DNA from: Octopus vulgaris
Lineage: Eukaryota
Assembly: GCA_951406725.2 (NCBI GenBank)
Contig: OX597832.1
Span: 53,196,001-53,260,000, forward strand
DNA length: 64,000 bases
Direction of reading: 5' to 3'
Part shown: positions 1 through 12,038 of the stretch, in pieces
Numbering within the stretch: position 1 is the first letter of the stretch
Layout of the letters: each line of letters begins with the position of its first letter
Translations under genes and position numbers: made by a program
Notes under the pieces: model-generated
Database searches by the model: none
What the model saw: the letters and a program-made list of their open reading frames with translations, nothing else
Told to the model about the DNA's origin: nothing

Positions 1-698
1 GATTTATTGCAACTTTTGTGTGTTTTGGCTGCTGTTGTTGGATATTGGACAAGGAAGATGTATTGCAAGATGGTTTCCTTGACATATGTGTGTGTGTGTG
101 TATTAAAACATGTTTTTGAGGTCTTCAAAGAAGCAATGCGTATCTGGCATAAGATGTCAGGGTTACTTTGTGGGGTGACAGATTGATTAGGGATGGATTG
201 ATGAGTGAACAGTGGCATTGTATGTGTGAGTATATGGTCAGAAGTCAGAGCAAATAAGGTATAATTATACAAAACAGAAAGTACAGGAGACCTAACCTAA
301 ACCTTGGAGTACAATAGAGTTGATAAAATGTGGGTCAGATACGGAGATCTTGCAGTATGTTGTGGTGTAACAGGAGTGGTTTAACAGGAAATATTTGATC
401 TAAAAGATAAGAGGCAGTGGAGTCTACAAGTGGACAGCTTTGTGAAGAAATTCTTTTATAATAGACACTTTTGTTAAAGATGGCTGGTTAGCAAATAACA
501 TTAGTGTTGAGAACCCACAAATGTGAGTTGAAGGAAAAGAGCACATGTCTTGTAGATTTGGCCACCACCCCCTGCCAGAGCCTCGTGGAGCTTTAGGTGT
601 TTTCTCTCAATAAACACTCACAATGCCTGGTCTGGGAATCAAAACTGCGATCTTACAACCGCGAGTCCGCTGCCATAACCACTAGGCCATTTAGCCTC

Positions 699-731
<33 letters not shown>

Positions 732-840
732 TGGCCTGCTCGCTTAGCCAGCGGGGTGGCGTCATTCGAAGGCTAAAACAATGCGAACGCATTGTGACCA
801 GCGATGTGTAACAACATCTGATGGTCTGGTCAGTCATGTG

Positions 841-876
<36 letters not shown>

Positions 877-877
877 G

Positions 878-1212
878 TGAAGGCGCATGGCTCAGTGGTT
901 AGAGCGTCGAAGCTTACGATCGTGAGGTTCTGATCTCGAATCCCAGACCAGGCTGTGTGTTGTGTTCTTGAGCAAGACACTTTATTTCACGTTGCTCCAG
1001 TTAACTCAGCTATAGAAATGAGTTGTGACGTCACAGGTGCCAAGCTGTATCGGCTGTTGCCTTTTCCTTGGATAACACTGGTGGTGTGGAGAGGGGAGGC
1101 CATTATGCATGGGCGATTGCTGGTCTTCCATAAACCACCTTGCCCAGACTTGTGACTAGGAAGGTAACTTTCTAGGTGCAAGCCCATGGTCAGTGCCATG
1201 ACCAAAGGGGAT
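878..1212 (+). mobile_element. tRNA(Val-like)-derived SINE family C
   Basis: Head GGCTCAGTGGTTAGAGCG...TTACGA...TCGAATCCC, core TGTTGTGTTCTTGAGCAAGACACTTTA; copies at 29637 and 52547. Confidence 0.85.
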
Positions 1213-1228
1213 CCCAGGCCATACACAC

Positions 1229-1260
<32 letters not shown>

Positions 1261-1261
1261 T

Positions 1262-1620
1262 AATTCGAGACAAAACCACTATTTTGCAAATCAAACAAGG
1301 AAAGACTTAATCAATACATAAAAAATTTTAATATAAAGTAAATAAACCGCCACTACAATTGTTTCATGTCTTCAAATGACATTCGTCAGGTGGATTTCCG
1401 ATCTAAAAATATCAATATTTTAAAATATAAGTTTAAAATAATAAAATTATCAATGAAAGAATATAAATATATATAATCTATATATAATCTATATATAATC
1501 AATATATAATCTAAAATAAATCCTATAAACAATTGAATATAAAGAAACCTATTATTAAAGTTCTCATATTTAAAGATGTACAAAAAACAAAAAACAAACA
1601 ACAAAAAAAAAATCCCTAAT
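1262..1620 (-). mobile_element. Penelope-like/retrozyme fragment carrying the hammerhead, inserted among (TA)n microsatellites
   Basis: AT-rich segment around the ribozyme bounded by (TA)n runs; minimal hammerheads are a known feature of Penelope-like element pLTRs; boundaries approximate. Confidence 0.5.
1350..1393 (-). ncRNA. Minimal type I hammerhead ribozyme, intact core
   Basis: CCAC-CUGACGA-AUGUC(auuugaa)GACAU-GAA-AC(aauu)GU-A-GUGG: stem I 4 bp, stem II 5 bp, palindromic stem III, GUA triplet; predicted cleavage between 1354 and 1353. Confidence 0.85.
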
Positions 1621-1622
1621 AT

Positions 1623-1674
<52 letters not shown>

Positions 1675-1711
1675 CATCATCATCATCGTTTAACGTCCGC
1701 TTTCCATGCTA

Positions 1712-1755
<44 letters not shown>

Positions 1756-3539
1756 GCAAATCAAAAGTAAAAAACAAGAAAAAAAAACAAAACCAATCAA
1801 ACATATGCAGTGAATGTATTAGACTAACGCTCTGTGAAAGTTTTCGATGGGAAAATGTGAGTGGAGATGATATTGCAAGTATGGTTACTCTCTGTTAAGT
1901 AACACTACATCTTGCGAATGTATTGTTCAGTTGCAGGAGATATGAAGTCCTGATACTGGAGTTTAGTTTTTATCCATTTGTTTGTTGCACTTTTCTGATT
2001 CATTAATTATAATGAAACATTCTTATTTGCAAAAATAATCAAAATCAATGTTTTCACTCCCCTTTTCCACCTCGTATCAATATTGTTAATAAAAACCACA
2101 AATCACTTCTGTCGTAACTGATGACATTTTTATGGTCATGCAACAAAACTCCAACGTTTTGTTCGTTAACAGTAGCTTTTATTGTATTTCCCACTTGTTA
2201 ACATACTGTATCTGCTGTAGATCAATAAAACCAAATATTGATCTGCAATACATGGACAATAAAGATGCTTTAAACTTCATTTTTGATGTGAATTTGTGTT
2301 GGTTGTGAAATGAGAATTATCTGAGATAAAAAAATATTCATTATTATTTTTTTTTTTTACGTTTGTATTTTTTTCAGGAATTAGTTGAGCCAGCAATGGA
2401 GCCAACATTCCTGCATGTCTCCATCCTGTGTCCATCTTGTTTGTAAGACTCAACACTGACACCTTCATCTTTGTTTTTCATCTACCAAAATATTTGGCTA
2501 ATTTCCACCACTAATTTATGTCAGTTTTCACACCAAGCAACAACGTCGTTACTTTTATTTTTAGGCTTTTCCATGCTTGTATGGCTTGGACGAGTCTTTT
2601 CTCACACAACATCTCACTATTTGTTGTGTTCTTTTGTAAGCCCCTTTGTGAAGTTCAACCCCCTGAAATTGTCCTTTACTAATTTTACCTATGTCTACTT
2701 TGATCTTCCCCTTGGATGTCCTGCTATTTCTTCATCCATACACATCACATACTGCTATCATCGTTGCCGTCTCTCACCCCTACAACAGATTACTTTTGGA
2801 CCCAATTTCTCCCATTTAATCTCTACCACATCACTCAAACACACTGACCTTACATACCTGGCAGAACATTCTTGTTTCATTCCTCCCTAGTCTTAGCACA
2901 TCTTCTGCATTCAGTACCCATGTCTCACAACCACACAGCATCACCCTTTCTATACAAACAATTTACAATCTGCCCTTTGTTTGAAGAAATGATCCCTTCA
3001 TTACCAATAGGGACAACTCAACAAATCATTTGTTTACTTTGTGTCTTTGAAGATCTCTAATAAAAGATCCCCTATTTGAACATCAGGTAAGGGTTAGCAA
3101 CTGGTTTCCGTAATGTCCTTATCATAGCTATCTTCTCCTCTACCGCTTGTTTGGTTGCCTAGGGAACAGAAGCCATCTACTACTTCTATGGAAGTAGTTA
3201 AGCACTGAAAAGAATCTATTTTACTCATGCTTTCACTACTGTGTTTACTCCTGTATATCTGCCACACACTATCTTTATTCACTTTAACCCTGCTTCTGAT
3301 TCCAGAAACCCCTTGTCCACACCATATATGTTGTATGGAATTCCTATCGATTTTTCTTTTCTCCGAGTGACCATTCTTCTGATAACATCAATTTGAACAG
3401 CCTTTCTTCCCTTCTTTATAAAACTTCAGCCTTCACCAAATTTACTCTGTAGCTCCTTGATTCTGGCCTCTATGCTCTAGCACACTCTTAGCCTCTAGCC
3501 TTCATCTCCATCTTAGCATGTACCCAACACCCCTATATT

Positions 3540-3895
3540 CTTTACTCTTTTACTTGTTTCAGTCATTTGACTGTGGCCATGCTAGAGCACCACCTTTAAT
3601 CGAGCAACTCGACCCCAGGACTTATTCTTTTTGTAAGCCCAGTACTTATTCTATCGGTCTCTTTTGCCCAACCGCTAAGTAACGGGGACATAAACACACA
3701 CATGCATATATATATATATATACATATATACGACGGGCTTCTTCCAGTTTCCATCTACCAAATCCACTCACAAGGCTTTGGTTGGCCCGAGGCTATAGTA
3801 GAAGACATTTGCCCAAGGTTCCACGCAGTGGGACTGAACCCGGATCCATGTGGTTGGTAAACAAGCTACTTACCACACAGCCACTTCTGCACCTA
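3540..3895 (-). mobile_element. SINE family A
   Basis: Homologous to 10963-11345. Confidence 0.85.
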
Positions 3896-4391
3896 TCATA
3901 GCAAATACCTTTCACTACTGTTTCAGTCTCTAATTCTCAGATCTGTCTTGGCCCCCGAGCCTTTATCTCTATCTTAGTCTCTATGCTTCACTTCTATGTC
4001 AGACTCTAAACCTTCATCTCTCTCTTACTTTCTCAGTTTCCCTTCTGCTTTAGCTTCTAGTCTTCACTTCTGTCTTAAACCACAAACCAACAGCCCTCGA
4101 CAGTCTTCAATGTTCATTTGGTTTCCGTGTCACACCCTGCTCTTTCTGCCTCTACACTGTTTGACTGTTTGTTCCACTGTGCAAATATCTTAATGTTTCT
4201 CATTGGGTTTCTTAAAGCTAAAATGTTGGATATATTTTCTCGTGTGTTTTTAATGAATTTTAAAAAGTAGAAACCAAGATATTCTTGATTGTACCCTCTT
4301 TTGACATTTGAATGTTTATATTTTTTTTTGTAATAAGAAATAATTTTATTTTTGTGGAAAAAATGTTATTTTCCATGCTGTTATACCATAA

Positions 4392-4611
4392 CCCTTTAGC
4401 ATTTAAACCATCGATATCTGGCCAAAATATCCTACCTGTTTTCTGTTCAAACCGACCAGATTCAGCATCTCAAACCTACCCTGCAATGTCACTCTAAAAA
4501 TAAACAACCGCATTTTTCAAATCTCTTGTCTACAAGATAATATGTGATTAATTTTTTAAAATGTGGATAAATAAGCAATATATTTGACAGAATAATCTGA
4601 ATGCTAAAGGG
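4392..4611. mobile_element. piggyBac-type MITE, family 1
   Basis: TIR CCCTTTAGCATT...AATGCTAAAGGG with ATAA/TTAA flanks; homologous copies at 21214, 24528, about 11362 and about 60105. Confidence 0.85.
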
Positions 4612-4677
4612 TTAATTTTGTTTCTAAAATCAGAGAAATTAAGAAATGTTTAATTTGTTTTGTTTGTTTGTTTGTAG

Positions 4678-4840
4678 TGGGTCAAATAAAAGAAGCTTTA
4701 CTCATGGCTGATGATCTGTTTTTAAACACATATGGTGTTGTGAAACCTTCACTGCAAGATACTAACATCGTTTTTGTTGGTTTGGGTCCCATCAAAAGCA
4801 GTGCTGCTCTGGAAATAGCTCACAAAGCTGGATTCAAAAA
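4678..4840 (+). CDS. Rhodanese-domain (TSTD3/Hsp67B-like) protein, penultimate exon; active-site Cys replaced by Gly
   Basis: tttgtag|TG GGT...AAA AA|gtaagc; 163 nt; GQIKEALLMADDLFLNTYGVVKPSLQDTNIVFVGLGPIKSSAALEIAHKAGFK fits the single-domain rhodanese pattern (EAL....F...YG..KP....IVF.C..G.RS..A...A...GF); not in the ORF track. Confidence 0.85.
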
Positions 4841-5047
4841 GTAAGCTTAAAAGAATTGAACCTTTTTTTAAAATTTTTTTCTCCTTAACATCCAGTTCTC
4901 TGTTCACGTGGGGTCAGATGGAATTTGTTGAGGGCAGGGATGTGGCTATGAGGTTAAGAAGTTTGTTTCCCAACCATCTGGAGGTCTTGGGTTCAATCCC
5001 ATTTGTTTGCCTCCTTAAGTATCTTCCACTATAGCCCAACAGTTTTA

Positions 5048-5609
5048 ATCTTTTCAGTTGCTCTCATAGATTTGGATATTTTAAAATTGAGTGAAAAATT
5101 TTCAAATTTGGTATGTTGATGTAACTTTTTATGCTGAATCTGAATTTTGGATTCATTTGTTCCTAGAAAAATTTAGGAAAATGTTACAGGGGTTCAAAGC
5201 TTGATAATTTTTAGTCAAATCAGAAAACAAGAATTGCAATGTGGCTATTTTTCTGCATGATAGCTGTCTGTCTTTAAATTATTCTTATCAAAACTTGTGG
5301 TGGTGGTGAAAGTGTCACGGTTGCACTGGTACAACATCCTTGTTACAATGAAAACAAGGCAGACTTCAGCTTTGCTTATTACTATGGAAACAGACACCAA
5401 TGTGTGATTTATGGTCATGTGTATAATGCTGGCTTTCGATTGGCTAAAATTACCCAAAAATTTGCAAAATTTAAAAGCTGATAACTTTTTATTTATTAAT
5501 TTATGGCAAAAATGGATTTCATTTTCATAATTAGCAAACAAAACTCAGTCTGTATACTAAATTTGAAAACAATTGAAAAATTCTGAAATCTGACAGCAAC
5601 TGAAAAGAT
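5048..5609. mobile_element. Fold-back DNA element with long imperfect TIRs (about 160 bp)
   Basis: ATCTTTTCAGTTGCT (5048-5062) / AGCAACTGAAAAGAT (5595-5609), with further complementary blocks inward. Confidence 0.65.
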
Positions 5610-5997
5610 CCAACAATTTTCTGTCCTTTTACTCATTGGACTGTGGCTGTGCTGGAGCAAGTTGATTGTTTTCATATTCCCCATTGCAAGTGATAACTAC
5701 TTCCAATTCCAACAGGGTCGAGTTTATAGGAAAATATGTCTTTTGGTTTGAGTCAGTGCTGTGTAGTCACAAATATTGGTGCTAAGATAGAACCATATTT
5801 CTGTTGGAATTCAGTGCCTTGTTTCAATTAATTTTGAAAATAATGAAGAAATTGGTAAAATAACTGCCATTTTAAAATTGATGTTTCGTACATGAATTAT
5901 TGTAAAATTTTGACAGATTTTAATTTAGCAATTTGCAACATGGAAGATACAAGGCAGCCATTCAGAAACACACAAAGACTGTCAACCTCACTCTTCT

Positions 5998-6512
5998 GCT
6001 CATTTCAGTCGTTTGACTGCAGCCATGCTGGAGCACCACCATAAGGGGTTTTAGTTGAACAAATCTACTCCCAAACTTATTCTTTGTAAGCCTAGTATTT
6101 ATTCTATTGGTTCTTTTGCTGAACAGCTAAGTTATGGAGATATAAACACACCAACATCGGTTGTCAAGTGATGGTGGTGGGGGGACAAACAGACACACAT
6201 AAATATCATCATCATCATCGTCGTTTAACGTCCGTTCTCCATGCTAGCATGGGTTGGACGGTTCGACCGGGGTTCTGGGAAGCCAGAAGGCTGCACCAGG
6301 CTCCAGTCTAATCTGGCAATGTTTCTACAGCTGGATGCCCTTCCTAACGCCAACCACTCCGTGAGTGTAGTATATGTATATGACGGGCTTCTTTCAGTTT
6401 CCATCTACCAAATCCACTCACAAGGCTTTGGGTTGGCTCGAGGCTATAGTAGAAGACACTTGCCCAAGGTGCCACATGGTGTGACTGAACCCGGAACCAT
6501 GTAGTTTGGGAG
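5998..6512 (-). mobile_element. SINE family A with nested family B fragment (6205-6371)
   Basis: Family A halves flank a (CAT)n-starting insert in the central microsatellite. Confidence 0.8.
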
Positions 6513-6740
6513 GCATTAAAATTTTTGTCACTTGAAATTGAATGGTTAACATACATCTTCCAAGCTGCATTTGTCTTAGTTTCAGATTGAAACACTTGCT
6601 ATGTAAGTATATTTTCTTATAATTTAGATAATTCATAAACAAGAAGTTTGAATCCTAGATTTAGCAGTTTTAGGAGGGTTGATATCAAAAGGGATTAACT
6701 ACATTATGAGAACTTATTTTATTGTATGAACGATGTCTTT

Positions 6741-7012
6741 TGTGGAAGGTGTTTGTAAGCCATTTAAGAAACACACAAAAGCCGTTCGATTCACTTCAAC
6801 ATTTAAGTTTAATTTGTCAAAATATTTTCGTTGCTTTAAGACAGTGACTTGTTCACTGACAAAAATCGTGCTGCATGAATGAAATGTTGAAGTGAATCGA
6901 ACAGCTTTTGTGTGTTCTTAAATGGCTTACAAACACCTTCCACGCAGCAATTATTTTTGTTTCAGCACACGATCTCAGATCAAATCACTTGCTATGCAAG
7001 TACATCTCCGTA
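6741..7012 (-). mobile_element. Fold-back (Penelope-like) insertion with ~62-bp inverted arms and 12-bp flanking direct repeat
   Basis: 6742-6803 is the near-perfect reverse complement of 6882-6943; AACGATGTCTTT at 6729-6740 and 7013-7024. Confidence 0.7.
6813..6863 (-). ncRNA. Variant minimal type I hammerhead ribozyme with G3-C8 core (GUGAACA)
   Basis: UUUGUCA-GUGAACA-A-GUCACU(gucuuaa)AGCAAC-GAA-AAUAUU-U-UGACAAA: 7-bp stem I, palindromic stem III; two stem II mismatches explained by CpG decay of GUCGCU/AGCGAC. Confidence 0.6.
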
Positions 7013-7050
7013 AACGATGTCTTTAAAATATTGTTGTTGTTGCTTTGCAG

Positions 7051-7123
7051 AGCTCGCCATTACTATGGAGGTTACAAAGAATGGTTGACGAAAACTCAAA
7101 CAACAGAATCACCACCCGCCTAA
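7051..7123 (+). CDS. Rhodanese-domain protein, last coding exon
   Basis: ttgctttgcag|A GCT CGC...; (K)ARHYYGGYKEWLTKTQTTESPPA-TAA; GG..EW is the rhodanese C-terminal signature; phase matches the previous exon. Confidence 0.88.
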
Positions 7124-8702
7124 TAACATCTGTGACCTCAACATAACAAATAACAACCTTTTTACTTATTGTGGCCAGAAGATGAAAACTGAAATGACAC
7201 ATTGTCCTCTTCTATGGAAGCCATCTCTACAGCATTGGACACAAGGGGTGGGGGGAAGAAAACGGACAAGAACATTGCTTTGATTCTTGGGTGTAAGATC
7301 TGATAAAAGCATCACAGTTCAATACTTTAATACTTTCTTACAAAACCATTTTCTTTCTTTTTTTTTTAAATTCAGTAAATATTTAAATGAAGAGACACTC
7401 TCTGGGTTTGTAGAGATTCTGCTGTTATTATTCAAATATATTTATACACATGTTTAAACACTTCCTCGGAGACACAAAGATATTAAATGTCGATATTATT
7501 TTTGTTGTCACAGAAACTCTTCCTGTTATCTCTGTGCATTATTCAAATTACTTTGACCCTTTAAACCTTGAAATTCCTGAAGACTGTTTGCCATTTTGTT
7601 TCGAATAGTTCCAGTGACACTTCTCAAGATGTTTATTGGAAAAATATTGGGTGGGATACAGTAATACGACATGAATATTTATTTCAGTTGGTGGTTTGGA
7701 GAACATTCGGCATTAGTTTTCTTTCTTCTGTAAGCTTCCTATGTTTTTATATCAACCTTTTCTTGAAAGGAGCTGGAAAACTGTTTAAAGGGCAAAAAAA
7801 GAAAATCAAAACCTTCAAATGAACTTCCTTCAGTGTTATGTCTAAACCTTCTGTTAAACTGTAACTCTTCGAAACAGTATCTACTGACATGCTTTTTTCT
7901 TTTACGATATAAAAAAAAAAAAAAATCAAGTTTGGGCTTTCTTAGATCATTAATTATTCCAGAGAAGTGTCAACAAAACACCAGTTTCATATTTACTGGC
8001 AAATCCCTTGCAGTTTGTGAAATTCATATAGGAAGCAAGCCAAGCTTGCTTCTCTCTGCTACATGAAAAATAATATATTGAAGTGAACAAAACTTTGGGA
8101 AAATTTGGAGTGGTTTTGTGCCTTGTTAAATCTTTTGATATCAAAATTTTTCAATATTATTGAAGTTCTTAGGACACCTACCTTGAGTATTAAAGTATAT
8201 AGCATTTAATTGCTAGATTTTAAAGTGCATGGAGATATGGATATTACAAGCACAAATTTAAGACGAAACAGTAACTGGTCCACTGTTGGAACTTAAAGCA
8301 TGCAGTCTATGATCCTACAGAATGTCCGGGTACTTTTAAATTTTCATGGGAGGGAAAAATTTGTAAGTCACTTAATGTCCAACATATCAAAGTTGTGAAT
8401 TAGAATGTAAACGATAGTTTTTAAAAGAGGGATACTGGGAAAGTGATTAGAGCTCTGTGTTTGGAGACCCCTTCAGTGGTTCTTGTATTCTTTCCCCTCT
8501 CTCAAATTGGGGCTTCTAATGTCTACATCAGTTTGATGTCTTGTCTGAAATTTTTGAAGATTCATATTTCAGCTATTGCAGGTGGGTGGGGTGGGGCAAA
8601 AAAGTTGAAGTCGGGCGGGGGAGGGGTGATTTTAAATACAGGGTACCTTTCAACTTTTTACTGTTGCTTGCTAATAATAATTTGATCCATGTACAAACTG
8701 AA

Positions 8703-8708
8703 AATAAA
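8703..8708 (+). terminator. Candidate polyadenylation signal of the rhodanese gene (about 1.6 kb 3'UTR)
   Basis: AATAAA followed by TTTTGTTGT; 7124-8900 is free of SINEs. Confidence 0.4.
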
Positions 8709-10100
8709 ATTTGTCCATTTGAAAATTTTGTTGTAAACAAAATTTTATTCTTTGTTTTTCCGTGAGATTTTAAACCTTCACTCCATATTATAAAATTTTT
8801 TTCTTGTCTGAAGAGAAAAATAAAAGGAAACTTCAAGTTTACTGCCGTTCTTTTTCGATAATCCTCCTTATTCCAATTAGTATCACATGTAAATTGTCTT
8901 AAAACAACTTCAAGTAATTCCACCATCTAAGCGTGATTTCTGGCTGGCTGGCTTCTGAGCCAGTGGCACATAAAAAGCACCATTCAAACGTGATTGTTAC
9001 CAGTGTCACCTTACCAGCACGTGAAAAACATTCGAGGGAGGTCGTTGTCAGTGCCACTGGATTGGCTCCTGTGCATGTGGCACGTAAAAAACACCACCTG
9101 AGCATGGCTGTTGCCAGTACCTCATGCCGGTGGCATGTAAAAGCACCCACTACACTCTCGGAGTGGTTGGCATTAGGAAGGGCACCCAGCTGTAGAAACT
9201 CTGTCAGATCAGATTGGAGCCTGGTGCAGCATCCTGGTTTGCCAGTCCTCAGTCAAATCGTCCAACTCAAGCTAGCATGGAAAGCAGACGTTAAACGATG
9301 ATAATTAGTGCAGGTGTAGCTGTATGGCAAGAAGTTTGCTCTCCACGACATTGTTCTGGGTTCAATCCCATTGCAGGACACCATGGGCATGTGTCTTCTG
9401 TTATTGCCTTGTGGTGATCAGATGGAAACTGAAAGGTGTTTGTGTGGGTGCATCACCTTCTCCTTGTCCGACATTGTGTGAGAGTTGTAAATAAATGTTA
9501 GTGTTAATTGGTGACAGGGCATCTTAGCTGTAAAAAAATATTCTCCACAAAATTCCGTCTGACTCATGTGAGCATAGGAAAAAGTCGATGCTAAAATGCT
9601 GATGTTTTCTTATTGTCTTTTCCCTCCTCAAAGAATGAAAAGCAGCTTAGTGGCATTGATTGGAATGGTAGACAGCCAACCGAGGTAATAAGGAATTTTT
9701 GCTTCACACTAGCACAAAAAAAAAAAAAAAAAAAAAAAAAAGAGGCCAGAACTGGATGATTGGTTTTTAGCAATATCCACTAATAGTCCTTGCAGTACAC
9801 AGAATTGTCATGATGAAAGAATTCACAACTTAGGAATAAATGGAGGATTCAGTTCTCATTGCAGAATCAGAATAGGACTAAAGTGATAAGGCGATACATT
9901 CAAAGGAGCAGAAACTGCTGTGCAGGGCTAGGAAAATGACACCAGCTTGTGTCTTTGTGTCAGAATACTGCTAAGTCTACCAACAGACTGGAGTCAGAGA
10001 TATATCCATATGCATCAAACATAAGAATGTGGGTGATTCAATTTGTAAGAAGGTCAGCAAGTAATAAGAACTGAAATTATTTTCTGGCTATCTTTTATCA

Positions 10101-10461
10101 TTTCACTTGTTTGTAATTTGACCTCAGCCATGATGAGGCACCATGTTAAAGGGATTTAGTTGAACAAATCAACCCCAGGACTTGCCTTTTTTTTTTTTTT
10201 TTTTTTTATAAAGCACAGTACCTATTCTATCAGTCTTTTTTGCCAAACTGCTAAGTTACAGGGATGTACACACACACCAACACTGGTTGTCAAGCGGTGG
10301 GACACACACACACAATGGACTTAGTTTCTGTCTACCAAATCCATTCACAAGGCTTTGATCGCCCTGCGGATATAGTAGAAGACACTCGCCCAAGGTACCA
10401 TGCAGTGGAACTGAACCTAAAACCATGTGGTTGGTAAGCAAGCTTCTTACAACACAGCCAT
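10101..10461 (-). mobile_element. SINE family A (older)
   Basis: Diverged homology to the other family A copies. Confidence 0.75.
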
Positions 10462-10962
10462 GGCTAACTCAAAAAACAACTTCCTATTGAAGTCTGAGTC
10501 AAGCCAGAGTTTTTGAATAAGCTACTCAGCCAATAAAAGTAATGACATATTTGTAGGAACGACATTCCATAACTTAAATTTGTAAGAAAACTGATGCCAA
10601 TTGAGTAATACAGTTCAAAATCACACACTAGCAATTGAAATAGGGTTAGTCATACATTATTAAGATACTTTATAAGAGTGCAACGTCTCATATTTCATGA
10701 AATTATCTTGTTGGAAATTGGAGACAACTCGCCATCAATAGCTGACCCACATTGATAAGGAACTGGAGGGAAAAAGAAAAAAAAAAGGCCAAGACAAAAG
10801 GTACTGTAGGAGAAAAATTGTTTGACATTAAATTTTCACTTTGATTTGGGCAGTTTCAGATAAAATATCGTCCAAGTAACCAAAGTGACATTATTTTGTA
10901 TCAGCTCCAAGGATATGCTGTGTTTTATGGTACCAACACAATTCGGGTCTAGTTAATAATCA

Positions 10963-11345
10963 CTCTCTTTTACTTGTTTCAGTCATTTGACAGTGGCCAT
11001 GCTGGAGCACCACCTTTAGTCGAGCAAATCGACCCCAGGACTTATTCTTTGTAAGCCTAGTACGTATTCGATCGGTCTCTTTTGTCAAACAGCTAAGTTA
11101 CGAGGATGTAAACACACCAGCATCAGTTATCAAGCAATGTTGGGGGACAAACACACATATATATATATATATACATATATATGACGGGCTTCTTTCAGTT
11201 TCTGTCTACCAAATCCACTCACAAGGCTTTGGTTGGCCCGAGGCTATAGTAGAAGACACTTGCCCAAGGTGCCACACAGTGGGACTGAACCCGGAACTAT
11301 GTGGTTGGTAAGCAAGCTACTTACCACACAGCCACTCCTGCGCCT
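10963..11345 (-). mobile_element. SINE family A
   Basis: Reverse complement of 11817-12256. Confidence 0.85.
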
Positions 11346-11361
11346 ATAATAAAGTGATCAT

Positions 11362-11697
11362 ATTTAAACCAGCCATATTTGGTCCAGATATTTCAACTGC
11401 TTTGTGTTCAAGTTGACCAGATCCAGCCTCTCATACCTACACTATCATCATCATCATCATCGTTTAACGTCCGTTCTCCATGCTAGCATGGGTTGGACGG
11501 TTCGACCGGGGTTCTGGGAAGCCAGAAGGCTGCACCAGGCTCCAGTCTAATCTGGCAATGTTTCTACAGCTGGATGCCCTTCCACACAATCACAGTACCG
11601 AAATCTCAAAGCTACAAGATGATGCATGATTAATTCAAAACAATGTGAATAGATAAGTGTTATATTTGACAGAGCAATCTGAATGCTAAAGGATTAA
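11362..11697. mobile_element. piggyBac-type MITE, family 1, interrupted by a SINE tail fragment (11445-11583)
   Basis: Internal similarity to the 4392 copy; right end AATGCTAAAGGA-TTAA. Confidence 0.7.
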
Positions 11698-11816
11698 ATT
11701 AAAACACGTCATTGAAATTTGTGCTTGCACTTATTGTTATGTTTCAAACTATTATCAAAATTAATATATTTCTTTAGAAACATGGTCTAAGAAAGAGTTA
11801 ATGGATGAAGTGAAAC

Positions 11817-12006
11817 ACAGGAGTGGCTGTGTGGTAAGTAGCTATGCGCAGGAGTGGCTGTGCGGTAAGTAGCTCACTTACCAACCACATGGTTCCGGGT
11901 TCAGTCCCACTGCGTGGAATCTTGGGCAAGTGTCTTCTGCTATAGCCTCAGGCCGACCAATGCCTTGTGAGTGGATTTGGTAGAAAGAAACTGAAAGAAG
12001 CCTATC

Positions 12007-12038
<32 letters not shown>

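Noticed and set aside
878-955. tRNA-Val(TAC)-like sequence, also at about 29637 and 52800
   Set aside because: Imperfect cloverleaf that runs straight into a shared SINE body; these are SINE heads, not tRNA genes
2378-2442. Strong acceptor (ttttttcag at 2377) and a GTAAGA donor; possible upstream rhodanese exon
   Set aside because: No open frame gives the expected DVR...G.IP...NIP sequence (the NIP-containing frame has a TGA), and the donor context is weak
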